In this document: positions 1 to 9,116 of the stretch, in pieces
Position numbering within the stretch: the first letter of the stretch is position 1
Layout: each line of letters opens with the position of its first letter
Source of the DNA: Gemmatimonadaceae bacterium
GTDB taxonomy: Bacteria > Gemmatimonadota > Gemmatimonadetes > Gemmatimonadales > Gemmatimonadaceae
Length of the DNA: 64,000 bases
Reading direction: 5' to 3'
Assembly (NCBI GenBank): GCA_045803545.1
Contig: JBJMOW010000002.1
Location: 352,001 to 416,000 of the forward strand
Notes under the pieces: model-generated
Seen by the model: the letters and a program-made list of their open reading frames with translations, nothing else
Told to the model about the DNA's origin: nothing
The model's database searches: none
Program-made: the position numbers and the translations under genes

Positions 1-449
1 GGCGTGCGGTGAGCGCCATCGCCGGCAAAGGCGGCATCACCCTGGTGAAGGTCGGCGCGGCGAAAATGCTGTTCGCGAAGGGGTTTCTGCGAAAGGTGTT
101 CGACATCTTCGAGCGCAACGGAGTGTCTGTCGATGTCGTCGCGACGTCGGAAGTGTCGGTGTCGGTGACAGTTGACGATCCCTCGGGGCTCGATTCGTTG
201 GTCGTCGAGCTTGCCACCCTCGGCGATGTGTCAGTCGAGCGAGACAGGGCGATTGTGGCAGTCGTCGGTGCGGCGATCAGTGAAGACGGAGCGGCAATGG
301 GGCGCGCGATCGGGTCACTCGATGGGATCAAGGTGCACATGATGTCGCTCAGTGCAACCGGGATAAACCTGACCATCATCGTCGACGGCGATCAATTGAA
401 CCCCGCGATGGACCGGCTGCACAACGCCTTTTTCGGTGCGGGCAAATGA
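1..449 (+). CDS. lysC: Aspartate kinase, C-terminal ACT domains (5' truncated by window edge)
   Basis: Frame is open from the window start. ACT-type motifs GFLRKVFDIF..VSVDVVATSEVSVSVT and AIVAVVG; directly upstream of dapB. Confidence 0.9.
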   Translation, partial: RAVSAIAGKGGITLVKVGAAKMLFAKGFLRKVFDIFERNGVSVDVVATSEVSVSVTVDDPSGLDSLVVELATLGDVSVERDRAIVAVVGAAISEDGAAMGRAIGSLDGIKVHMMSLSATGINLTIIVDGDQLNPAMDRLHNAFFGAGK

Positions 450-1156
450 CGCGCACCGTTGCGATCATCGGCGATGGCAAGATGGGTCAGGCTATCCGCG
501 AGCTCGCTGTCGACAAAGGCTGGCGGGTGAGCGCGGTGATTGGCGAGCGTGAGAGCGCTGAAGGTGTCGGCATCAGCCGCAAGTCTCTCGGTGAGCCTGA
601 CGTCGCCGTCGAGTTCACCCAACCGGATGCCGCGGTAGCGAACGCGACCGCGTGCCTGCGCTGCGCCGTGCCAGTCGTCGTCGGCACCACCGGATGGTAC
701 GAATCACTGCCCGAAGTAACCCGCATCGCTACGGAAACGGGGACGCCGCTGTTGTGGTCTCCCAATTTCTCGCTTGGCGTTAATGTCATGATCGAGGTGG
801 CGCGCTACGCCGCGGGACTAATGCGGAATCTCGAGGATTTCGACGCGCACATCATCGAGACCCATCACACCCGTAAAAAGGATGCGCCGTCGGGAACCGC
901 AATCGTGATTGGCAAAGCCGCCAGCGATGCGCTGGGGCGTCCGATTCCCACGACGAGCATTCGGACTGGTTCGGTGCCGGGAACTCACGAGCTGGTGTTC
1001 GACGGCGCTTTCGAGCAGCTCTCGATCGTGCACGAGGCGCGCGATCGGAGAGTATTTGCCGAAGGGGCGTTGACCGCAGCAGATTGGCTGATAGGAAAAA
1101 AGGGCGTGTTCACGATGCGCGACGTTCTCCGACTCGAGAAGCGCGGCACGGGCTGA
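446..1156 (+). CDS. dapB: 4-hydroxy-tetrahydrodipicolinate reductase
   Basis: GxGKMG NAD-binding motif, VVGTTG, SPNFSLG and ETHHTRKKDAPSGTA signature; ATGA overlap with lysC. Confidence 0.96.
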   Translation: MTRTVAIIGDGKMGQAIRELAVDKGWRVSAVIGERESAEGVGISRKSLGEPDVAVEFTQPDAAVANATACLRCAVPVVVGTTGWYESLPEVTRIATETGTPLLWSPNFSLGVNVMIEVARYAAGLMRNLEDFDAHIIETHHTRKKDAPSGTAIVIGKAASDALGRPIPTTSIRTGSVPGTHELVFDGAFEQLSIVHEARDRRVFAEGALTAADWLIGKKGVFTMRDVLRLEKRGTG

Positions 1157-1188
1157 AACCCGCAGGGGGGGCAATCGTAAGGTTGATC

Positions 1189-1623
1189 ATGCGAAGACCG
1201 AAAATCCTTCTCGCGATTGGCGCACTGGCGCTACTTCCTGCGTGCAGAGGCCCGGGTGATTCAGACACGGTCCCTTCGACGCTGCCCGGCACCTACGTGT
1301 ACGCCGGCAAAGGATCCGTCTTCAAAAAAGCGTGGCAGTTTTCGGCCAGGCTGGATCTCACGGCCGATCGGCGCTTCACAATGACTCTCGACAAGGCCAT
1401 CGATGGCAGCCGCGATTCCACCGAGACGACGAGCGGCGCGTACGCCATAAAAGGTGACGAGGTGGAGCTGCGCGTGGTCGGCAAGCGTACCGGTCCCGAG
1501 AAGGATCTGCACCAGCTGCAGATGAAGGGCGATTCCCTGATCGCCAATGTCGGCTGGACGGGGGAGCTCTTTCTCAAGGGCATCGGTGCTCCGAATGTCG
1601 TATTCGTGAAGCAGCGCTCCTAG
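1189..1623 (+). CDS. Hypothetical lipoprotein
   Basis: MRRPK + hydrophobic stretch + LPAC lipobox from ATG 1189; beta-rich body. Confidence 0.7.
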   Translation: MRRPKILLAIGALALLPACRGPGDSDTVPSTLPGTYVYAGKGSVFKKAWQFSARLDLTADRRFTMTLDKAIDGSRDSTETTSGAYAIKGDEVELRVVGKRTGPEKDLHQLQMKGDSLIANVGWTGELFLKGIGAPNVVFVKQRS

Positions 1624-1669
1624 CGCTTCCAGCACCCCCTTCGCGGCTTCGTCCGCATACATTTAACAA

Positions 1670-2563
1670 ATGACGTCGGAACGACTCGCTGGCTGCGGGA
1701 CGGCGATGATCACTCCTTTCATGGAGTCGGGCGAAATCGACGAGCGCTCCTTGCGCTCCTTCGTCGACTGGCAGATCGCGAGTGGGGTGCATTTCCTCGT
1801 TCCGTGCGGGTCAACTGGTGAAGCGGCGACGATGACGGTCGCCGAACATCGGCGCGTCGTGGAGATCACCGTCGAACAGACCGCCGGACGAGTTCCAGTC
1901 ATCGCCGGTGCCGCGTCGAACGACACCCGGAAGGCAATTGCGCTCTCGCGCGAAATGGAAGCAGTCGGCGCGACCCATCTTCTGCACGCGTCGCCGATGT
2001 ACAACAAGCCGCCCCAACGCGGCATCGTCGCCCATTTCCACGCGATTGCCGATGCGGTACAGAGTCCGATCGTGGTTTACAACGTGCCTGGGCGCACCGG
2101 AAGTAACATTGAAGCGGCCACGACGCTGGAACTGGCTGAGCACGAAAACATTGTTGCGGTGAAGGAAGCGTCGGGCAATTTGGCCCAGGTGAGTGAGATC
2201 ATTCGCCATCGGCCTGCGGCCTTCGCCGTTCTTTCCGGCGATGATCCCCTGACATTGCAAGTGATGGCGGACGGCGGCGATGGTGTGGTCTCCGTAACTT
2301 CCAACGTCGCACCGGCGCTGGTGGCGCAGCTCACTGAACTATGCGCAGCCGGTGACTTCGACTCCGCGCGCAACGTTCATCACCAGCTGGCGGAATGGAC
2401 CGTAGCTGCTTTCGTCGAATCGAACCCGATTCCTGTGAAAGCCGCCCTGACAATGATGGGGCGCATCTCGAACGTGTTGCGGCTGCCCCTGGTTCCGCTC
2501 GCCGAGAAATATGAGACGACGGTGCGAGCCGCCCTCGTCTCTGTAGGAGCGCTAGCCGATTGA
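1670..2563 (+). CDS. dapA: 4-hydroxy-tetrahydrodipicolinate synthase
   Basis: CGSTGE, YNKP, YNVPGRTG, VKEASG (Schiff-base Lys), SGDD, NPIPVK. Confidence 0.97.
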   Translation: MTSERLAGCGTAMITPFMESGEIDERSLRSFVDWQIASGVHFLVPCGSTGEAATMTVAEHRRVVEITVEQTAGRVPVIAGAASNDTRKAIALSREMEAVGATHLLHASPMYNKPPQRGIVAHFHAIADAVQSPIVVYNVPGRTGSNIEAATTLELAEHENIVAVKEASGNLAQVSEIIRHRPAAFAVLSGDDPLTLQVMADGGDGVVSVTSNVAPALVAQLTELCAAGDFDSARNVHHQLAEWTVAAFVESNPIPVKAALTMMGRISNVLRLPLVPLAEKYETTVRAALVSVGALAD

Positions 2564-3432
2564 TGGCGGCGAGCCCGGCGGAGCTCGAGAAGCGCGTTGA
2601 CGCTCTCTCCGCGACTCCGAGTGATCACAGTCTTCCTGCTGACGCGCGCGATGTAGTTCTCGCGCTTCTCGATGCGCTCGAAAAAGGGTTGGTGCGGGCA
2701 GCCAGCCGAGATTCGAGCAGCGGGGAATGGCGTGCGGTTCCGTGGGTCAAACGCGGTCTTCTGCTTGGTTTTCGCGCTGGCGCGATCGTCGACATGTCGC
2801 TTGGCGACTCGAAAAACGGTGTGGTGCTCGCCTTCTTCGACAAAGACACTTATCCGCCGCGCCGTTTAGCGCGGGAGGATGGGATCCGGGTTGTCCCGGG
2901 TGGGTCGAGCATTCGCCGCGGCGCTTTCGTCGCGTCCGGAGTCGTGTGCATGCCTCCGATGTACATCAATGTCGGCGCGTACGTCGGCTCCGGCTCGATG
3001 ATCGATTCACACGCACTCGTCGGCTCGTGCGCGCAAGTCGGGGAACGTGTGCATCTGAGCGCCGCGGCACAACTGGGTGGAGTGCTCGAGCCGGTGAATG
3101 CCTCGCCCGTAGTCGTTGAGGACGATGTCGTCATCGGCGGCAATTGCGGCATCTACGAGGGCACCGTGGTCCGTCGACGCGCTGTGATCGGAGCCGGCGT
3201 AGTCCTGACTCGCGGCACGCCCGTGTACGACCTCGAGCGTCAGACAATTCACCGCGCCGAAGGAGCAAAGCCGCTCGTTATTCCCGAGAACGCGGTCGTG
3301 GTTCCCGGGGCCCGAGCGGTGAAGGACGAATGGGGACGGCGCGAAGGCCTTTCATTGCAGACACCGGTCATCGTCAAGTACCGAGACGAAAAGACTGACG
3401 CGGCGACTGCGCTCGAGTCTTGGCTGCGCTGA
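2563..3432 (+). CDS. dapD: Tetrahydrodipicolinate N-succinyltransferase
   Basis: RVVPGG, YINVGAYVG, VGSCAQVG, LGGVLEP and hexapeptide repeats. Confidence 0.93.
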   Translation: MAASPAELEKRVDALSATPSDHSLPADARDVVLALLDALEKGLVRAASRDSSSGEWRAVPWVKRGLLLGFRAGAIVDMSLGDSKNGVVLAFFDKDTYPPRRLAREDGIRVVPGGSSIRRGAFVASGVVCMPPMYINVGAYVGSGSMIDSHALVGSCAQVGERVHLSAAAQLGGVLEPVNASPVVVEDDVVIGGNCGIYEGTVVRRRAVIGAGVVLTRGTPVYDLERQTIHRAEGAKPLVIPENAVVVPGARAVKDEWGRREGLSLQTPVIVKYRDEKTDAATALESWLR

Positions 3433-4685
3433 AAGTAGCGGGCACCATCCGCGTGCCCGGCGACAAATCCATCTCGCACCGAGCGCTAATTCTCGCAGCG
3501 CTCGCGGACGGAGAGTCGCACATTCGTGGGATCCTCGAATCCGAAGATGTCCATTCGACTGCCGGGGTGCTGCGCTCCCTTGGAGCGAAGATACCGCAGC
3601 TGTCCAGCGAGTTTGTCGCGAGCGGCAGCGGACTCCGAGGCCTGACGCAGCCGAAGGATGCTCTCGATTGCGGTAACAGCGGGACGACGACGCGATTGAT
3701 GGCCGGGGTTGTCGCCGCGCACCCGTTATCCGCCCGGTTCGTCGGCGATGACAGTTTGAGTCGACGTCCGATGAAACGGATCGCCGAGCCACTGTCATCC
3801 ATGGGCGCGAAGTTCGACTTCGAGCGTGGCGATGGGTTGCCGATGACGGTTCACGGAATGGATCTGCGCAGCGTGGACTGGGACACCAAAGCCTCGAGCG
3901 CGCAGGTGAAAAGTGCGATTCTTCTCGCTGGTCTCGTCGCGGGGGTCGAGGTACGGGTGACCGAAAAGAGTCCGTCCCGCGATCACACTGAGCGCATGCT
4001 GCGCTCGATGGGCGCGGACGTTGAGACCGATGGCAATCAGGTTTGCCTGCGACCCGCTTCGCGGCTCCGCCCGATCGACATTGAAGTGCCTGGTGATCCT
4101 TCGTCAGCAGCATTCTTTGTCGCATTGGCTGCGCTCGCTGACGAAGGTGCGCTCGTCTTGAACGACGTCTGCCTCAATCCGACCCGCAACGGTTTTTTCG
4201 ACATCATGACTCGAATGGGTGCAATAATCGATGTGACTAGTCGGCGTGACAGCGGGGGAGAGGTCGTCGGCTCGGTGCGCGTAGCGCGCGGCAAGCTGGA
4301 GAACGCTGCGGTCGGCGGCAGCGACATCGGCTCGATCATCGACGAGTTGCCATTGCTGGCGTGTGTTGCCGCCGCTGCCGGCATCGAGCTGGAGATAACG
4401 GGCGCCGAAGAGTTACGAGTGAAGGAGAGCGACCGGATCGCAGTCGTAGTCCAAAACCTTCGGGCGGTGGGAGCCGACGCCGAGGAACTGCCGGACGGGC
4501 TGCGCGTCCATCCTTCAGCGCGCCCGTTGGCAGGTACGATCGACCCGCGCGGCGATCACCGAATTGCAATGGCTTTCGGAATTCTCTCGGCTGCGTCGGG
4601 AGGCAACATCCAGATAAGTAATCCGCAGTGCGTCGCTGTTTCATACCCGGGATTCTGGAACGATCTCCGCAGAGTGATCCCATGA
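3429..4685 (+). CDS. aroA: EPSP synthase (start TTG 3420 or CTG 3429)
   Basis: PGDKSISHR, DCGNSGTT, SAQVKSA, RDHTE, RVKESDRI, DHRIAM. Confidence 0.96.
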   Translation: MKVAGTIRVPGDKSISHRALILAALADGESHIRGILESEDVHSTAGVLRSLGAKIPQLSSEFVASGSGLRGLTQPKDALDCGNSGTTTRLMAGVVAAHPLSARFVGDDSLSRRPMKRIAEPLSSMGAKFDFERGDGLPMTVHGMDLRSVDWDTKASSAQVKSAILLAGLVAGVEVRVTEKSPSRDHTERMLRSMGADVETDGNQVCLRPASRLRPIDIEVPGDPSSAAFFVALAALADEGALVLNDVCLNPTRNGFFDIMTRMGAIIDVTSRRDSGGEVVGSVRVARGKLENAAVGGSDIGSIIDELPLLACVAAAAGIELEITGAEELRVKESDRIAVVVQNLRAVGADAEELPDGLRVHPSARPLAGTIDPRGDHRIAMAFGILSAASGGNIQISNPQCVAVSYPGFWNDLRRVIP

Positions 4686-5347
4686 TGCGCACGGGATTCG
4701 TTATTGCTATCGACGGTCCGGCGGCGTCGGGCAAATCCTCCACTGCGCAAATGGTGGGTGAGAAACTCGGCTACCTGCATATCGATTCCGGTTCGCTGTA
4801 CAGAGCGGCGACAGCCGCGACACTTCGCCGCGATCCGGGCGCGTCGCACTGGTCTGAAAACGATGTGCTGGAGGCTTCACGCGGCGTCGAGTTGAGACCC
4901 GCTCGCACCTCCTTTTATCCCGCACTGGACGGGCAGGGCATCGAGGATGAGATCAGAGGCGCCGATGTAACTCGCCACGTGTCACGTGTGGCGCAGATGC
5001 CCCGGGTCCGCGAGTGGGTCAATGACATGGTGCGAGCGGCCGCGGCTGGTCGCGATATAGTGGTCGACGGACGAGACATGGGAACCGTCGTGTTTCCGTC
5101 GGCAGATCTCAAGATTTTTTTGACCGCCGATTCCCGGGAGCGCGCGACACGTCGCCTCCGGCAGCGCGGGACGCCGACGTCGGAGCAAATGATCGTGGAC
5201 GAGACTAAACGCATTAACGAGCGGGATTCGCGGGACGCCCGGCAGACCGTTCCGGCCTCCGACGCGGTCTTAATCGATACGACGAGCCTGACTCAACAGG
5301 AGCAAGTGGAACGGATTGTGACTCTAGCGGGTAGGGCCAGGTCGTAA
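4682..5347 (+). CDS. cmk: Cytidylate kinase
   Basis: IAIDGPAASGKSS P-loop and VVDGRDMGTVVFP; ATGA overlap with aroA; aroA-cmk-rpsA synteny. Confidence 0.95.
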   Translation: MMRTGFVIAIDGPAASGKSSTAQMVGEKLGYLHIDSGSLYRAATAATLRRDPGASHWSENDVLEASRGVELRPARTSFYPALDGQGIEDEIRGADVTRHVSRVAQMPRVREWVNDMVRAAAAGRDIVVDGRDMGTVVFPSADLKIFLTADSRERATRRLRQRGTPTSEQMIVDETKRINERDSRDARQTVPASDAVLIDTTSLTQQEQVERIVTLAGRARS

Positions 5348-5384
5348 GACCTGTTTGTCGCTTACCGTACGCGGAGGACATCCG

Positions 5385-5600
5385 ATGCGTCGATTCACTG
5401 ATCGCGCTGGCGTCGAATGGAGCGCGTTGGAAACATCGCCTCCGGCCGGCATCCCTGATCGCCGAGTCAAGCCGGCAAGCATCACCGTCGCATTCCATTG
5501 CGACGACGGCAGTGAGATGGCGATGGACCTGCCAGTCGGCGCGCTCGAAGGTCTGAGCGACGAGGAGCTCATCCTTCTTTTATCGAAGGGTGTGAAATAG
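5385..5600 (+). CDS. Small hypothetical protein (71 aa)
   Basis: GGAGG Shine-Dalgarno upstream of ATG 5385; fills the cmk-rpsA gap. Confidence 0.65.
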   Translation: MRRFTDRAGVEWSALETSPPAGIPDRRVKPASITVAFHCDDGSEMAMDLPVGALEGLSDEELILLLSKGVK

Positions 5601-5622
5601 CTCCTGCCTGCAAGTCATTTGG

Positions 5623-5651
5623 TTGACCGGGCTGGGTGAGGCGTCTACATT
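5623..5651 (+). promoter_or_regulatory. Sigma70-type promoter of rpsA
   Basis: TTGACC-N17-TACATT. Confidence 0.7.
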
Positions 5652-5693
5652 TAAGGGCTTGATTCGAACGTATTCAACCCTTTAACCAGCAAC

Positions 5694-7514
5694 ATGATAG
5701 ACTCGGCCAACAAAACCACAACTCAAACCGGCACGACCCTGACTGCGCGCGAGAAGCGTGACTTGCAGAAAGCGCAGCTGCGGCCGCTTGCCAACCTCAG
5801 ACCTGAGCTCTACGACGAGGAGGATTACTCCCAGGACGAGCTCGAAAGCATGATGGAGATGTACAACGGGACGATGGCCTCGATCGAAGAAGGCGAGATC
5901 GTCAAATCCCGTGTGCTCGATATCCGCGACAACATGGTAGTCCTCGACATCGGATTTAAATCCGAGGGGACAATTCCGCTCGAAGAGTTCAAGGATCTCC
6001 CTGACCTCAAGGCGGGTGACGAAGTCGAAGTACTCCTCGAGCATCTCGAGGATCAGGAAGGATCGGTCGTTCTCTCGAAGAAGAAAGCGGACTTCATGCG
6101 CGTGTGGGAGCGCATCCGCGTCGCTTACGAGAACGACGAGCCGGTGCGCGGTACGCTGGTCAAGAAGATCAAGGGTGGGGTCGTCGTGGATCTTATGGGA
6201 GTAGACGCGTTCCTCCCCGGATCGCAGATCGCGCTGCGTCGCGTTCCCAACGTGGACGAGCTGCTCGGTCAGACCTTTGACTTCAAGATCATCAAGCTCA
6301 ATAAGCGTCGTCGCAACATCGTCGTCTCGCGTCGCGTGATCCTCGAGCAGGAGAGAGCGGGCAAGCGCGAGAAGCTGATGAAGGAGCTGCAGAAGGATCA
6401 GGTGCGCAAAGGAGTCGTCAAGAACATCACCGACTTCGGCGCATTCATCGATCTGGGCGGCGTCGACGGACTGCTCCACATCACCGACATGTCGTACGGA
6501 CGCATTCAGCATCCGTCCGAGATGGTTCACATCGGTCAGGAGCTCGAAGTCAAAGTCCTCGACATCGACTGGGACCGCGAGAGAATCTCGCTCGGCCTCA
6601 AGCAGCTACAGAGCTATCCGTGGAAGGACGTCGCCGAGAAGTATCCGGTTGGCACCCGCGTTTCCGGCAAGGTCGTTTCGATCACCAACTACGGCGCGTT
6701 CATCGAGCTGGAGCCGGGCATTGAAGGCCTCGTTCACATCAGCGAGATGAGCTGGACCCGCAACGTTCGCCACCCGTCGAAGCTGGTTTCGATTGGCGAG
6801 ACGATCGAAGCAGTCGTGCTCAAGGTCGACCCGAACGAAGAGAAGATCTCCCTCGGCATGAAGCAGACCGAGCAGGATCCGTGGATGATGCTGCCGGAGA
6901 AGTATCCGGTCGGCACTCGTCTCAATGGCAAGGTGCGCAACCTCACCAGCTTCGGCGCGTTCGTCGAGATCGAGCCGGGAATCGATGGCTTGATTCACAT
7001 CTCCGACATGAGCTGGACCAAGCGTGTTCAGCATCCGTCGGAAGTCGTGAAGAAAGGCGACTCGGTCGACGTCGTGATTCTGAACGTCGATGCTGAGAAC
7101 AAGCGCATCTCGCTTGGACTCAAGCAGGCGACTGAGGATCCGTGGTTGCGTATTGGTGAGACCTATCCGGTCGGCACCGAATTGCGCGGCAAGGTCGTGC
7201 GTTTGATGGACAAGGGCGTGGTCGTCGATATCGGCAACGACATTGAAGGCTTCGTTCCGGTGAGCCAGCTCAATTTCGGTCAACCGGTGAACAGTCCGGC
7301 GGACATCGTCTACGAGACGATGAATCTCGACCTTCGCGTTCTCGAAGTCGATCCGATTCACCGTCGTATCGTGCTCGCCGTGACCGCGGTCCCGGAGGAT
7401 CAGCCGCCGCGTCCGGAAACCCCGTCGAAGGTGATTCCGATGGAGTCCGATGACTACAACATGTCGGATCCGATTCCAACGCCGCCCGACTCATACGTCG
7501 AAGAGCCCGCGTAA
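5694..7514 (+). CDS. rpsA: 30S ribosomal protein S1
   Basis: Six S1 repeats (KSEG, AFLPGSQ, DFGAFIDLGGVDGLLHI, GLVHISEMSW). Confidence 0.98.
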   Translation: MIDSANKTTTQTGTTLTAREKRDLQKAQLRPLANLRPELYDEEDYSQDELESMMEMYNGTMASIEEGEIVKSRVLDIRDNMVVLDIGFKSEGTIPLEEFKDLPDLKAGDEVEVLLEHLEDQEGSVVLSKKKADFMRVWERIRVAYENDEPVRGTLVKKIKGGVVVDLMGVDAFLPGSQIALRRVPNVDELLGQTFDFKIIKLNKRRRNIVVSRRVILEQERAGKREKLMKELQKDQVRKGVVKNITDFGAFIDLGGVDGLLHITDMSYGRIQHPSEMVHIGQELEVKVLDIDWDRERISLGLKQLQSYPWKDVAEKYPVGTRVSGKVVSITNYGAFIELEPGIEGLVHISEMSWTRNVRHPSKLVSIGETIEAVVLKVDPNEEKISLGMKQTEQDPWMMLPEKYPVGTRLNGKVRNLTSFGAFVEIEPGIDGLIHISDMSWTKRVQHPSEVVKKGDSVDVVILNVDAENKRISLGLKQATEDPWLRIGETYPVGTELRGKVVRLMDKGVVVDIGNDIEGFVPVSQLNFGQPVNSPADIVYETMNLDLRVLEVDPIHRRIVLAVTAVPEDQPPRPETPSKVIPMESDDYNMSDPIPTPPDSYVEEPA

Positions 7515-7527
7515 CCCGCACCGATTT

Positions 7528-7561
7528 AAGGCCCGCCTCTGATGAGGCGGGCTTTTTTTTT
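7528..7561 (+). terminator. Intrinsic terminator after rpsA
   Basis: GCCCGCCTC-TGAT-GAGGCGGGC hairpin followed by a T9 run. Confidence 0.92.
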
Positions 7562-7821
7562 CAAGATCGTTGGTCTTCGCTCAAATCGTCGTCAAACCCA
7601 TCGGATCGCGGGCGTTTCCGGGTTCGGTCGTTTCCCTCTGGACCCATTGGCGATGCCGATGTACCGCGTGCGGTGTTGCCGATGTTCTCGCGCGCGTTCC
7701 CGCGCGCCTCTGATTTCGAATCTGACTTGACGTCCTGCCGCTGATCGCGGGAAAGCGAATCTCGCGCGTCGTCGTTATCTCGGTACTTCGACCGATTTCC
7801 CTCCTTCGAGTCCCTTGCCAT
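7561..7821 (-). CDS. Small, highly charged hydrophilic protein
   Basis: GGGAG SD upstream of ATG; D/R/S/G-rich; stop abuts the rpsA terminator. Confidence 0.55.
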   Translation of the reverse strand: MARDSKEGNRSKYRDNDDARDSLSRDQRQDVKSDSKSEARGNARENIGNTARGTSASPMGPEGNDRTRKRPRSDGFDDDLSEDQRS

Positions 7822-8000
7822 CTCGTCTCCCGGTAAAGTCTCACCTTCATTGGCAGCGCTCGTGCCAGCTCAAACAGTCAAAATCGTTTCACGCGATGTC
7901 GATTTCCTATCACCCATAAGTGTTGAGCGCCTCTGCGTGCCACTGATGAACCAGAATCGTCCTAATACAGTAGAGTCGGCTCCAATTCCCAAAGCCCTTG

Positions 8001-9116
8001 ATGACCACCGCGAACAACAACGGCGAATCGCTCCTCGTCCTCGACACCAAGCTGGTAGTACGGGCGGCAAACCGTGCCTTCTACGGCATGTTTCGCCTGG
8101 CACCCGAAGAGTGCATCGGTAAGAAGGTCTATGAGCTGGGCGGACGCGCGTGGGATGAAAAGCTCCGCGGAATGCTCGAGGCCGTTCGCAGCGGCGAGCC
8201 CCAGTCCGATCACTTCGAGCTCGTTCACGACGACAAAGAGGGTGGACATGGAGTGTTCTGGCTCAGTGCCAGACTCATTCCGTCGGCGGACGCCGCCGAT
8301 GCGACGATCCTCCTCGCAATCGAAGACCTGAGTGCTGGCCGTCCGGTCGAAGAGACGCTTGCCGTCAAGATGCAGGAGCTGAACTCATTTGCCGATGTCG
8401 CGGGTCGCGGTGCGCACGAGTTGAATAATCTCCTAACCGTGATTCGCATGAACGCGGACATCCTGGAAATGGTGCTCCGCGACGCGAAGCAACCGACACA
8501 GGAAGCGGTTGACATCCGCCAGGCTGCCGAGCGCGCCGAAGCGATCACCAAACAACTCTTGCTGACATCGCGTCGCGTATTGCCCCAGCCGACTGGCCTC
8601 GATCGAACGACCAATGTGATTCCGTTGCCGGGCTCACCGCTCAAGGAAACACCCGACGAGCGGCACGAGCGCCAGCAAGCAGAGGCCGCTGCGCGATCGG
8701 TACGCGAGCTTAAACACGGTGAGCGTACCGGCCGCGAAACGATTCTGCTGGTGGATGACGAAAAGGCGTTACGTCGGCTCGCCAAGCGCATTCTGACTGA
8801 GAGTGGCTATCGCGTGCTCGACGCATCCGATGGTGCAATGGCGCTGCGCGTCGTCGCTGAGGAGGTCGGCGAGATCGATCTCGTGGTGACCGACGTCGAA
8901 ATGCCGACACTGGGTGGACGCGGAATGGTTGACGAGCTTCACGAGCTCAGCCCCGGGATGCGCGTACTCTTCATGTCGGGTTATACCGACAACGAGATTC
9001 TGCGCCGCGGCATTCGCTCTTCAGAGATCGAATTCCTTCAGAAGCCGTTTACGGCCGAATCACTGCGTGCGGCAGTCAAAGCGGTGCTCGACAAACCTTC
9101 AACGAAGACTGCGTAA
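8001..9116 (+). CDS. PAS + HisKA(DHp)-like + receiver protein lacking an HATPase domain
   Basis: PAS-like LLVLD..VVRAANRAFY; H-box AHELNNLLTVI; REC ILLVDDE..VTDVEMP..FMSGY..FLQKPF. Confidence 0.82.
   Translation: MTTANNNGESLLVLDTKLVVRAANRAFYGMFRLAPEECIGKKVYELGGRAWDEKLRGMLEAVRSGEPQSDHFELVHDDKEGGHGVFWLSARLIPSADAADATILLAIEDLSAGRPVEETLAVKMQELNSFADVAGRGAHELNNLLTVIRMNADILEMVLRDAKQPTQEAVDIRQAAERAEAITKQLLLTSRRVLPQPTGLDRTTNVIPLPGSPLKETPDERHERQQAEAAARSVRELKHGERTGRETILLVDDEKALRRLAKRILTESGYRVLDASDGAMALRVVAEEVGEIDLVVTDVEMPTLGGRGMVDELHELSPGMRVLFMSGYTDNEILRRGIRSSEIEFLQKPFTAESLRAAVKAVLDKPSTKTA

Noticed and set aside
5682..7361. Long antisense ORFs and internal DNA repeats in rpsA
   Set aside because: Antisense shadows of a highly biased gene; repeats such as GAGAAGTATCCGGT and ATGAGCTGGACC reflect S1 domain repeats, not CRISPR or mobile repeats.
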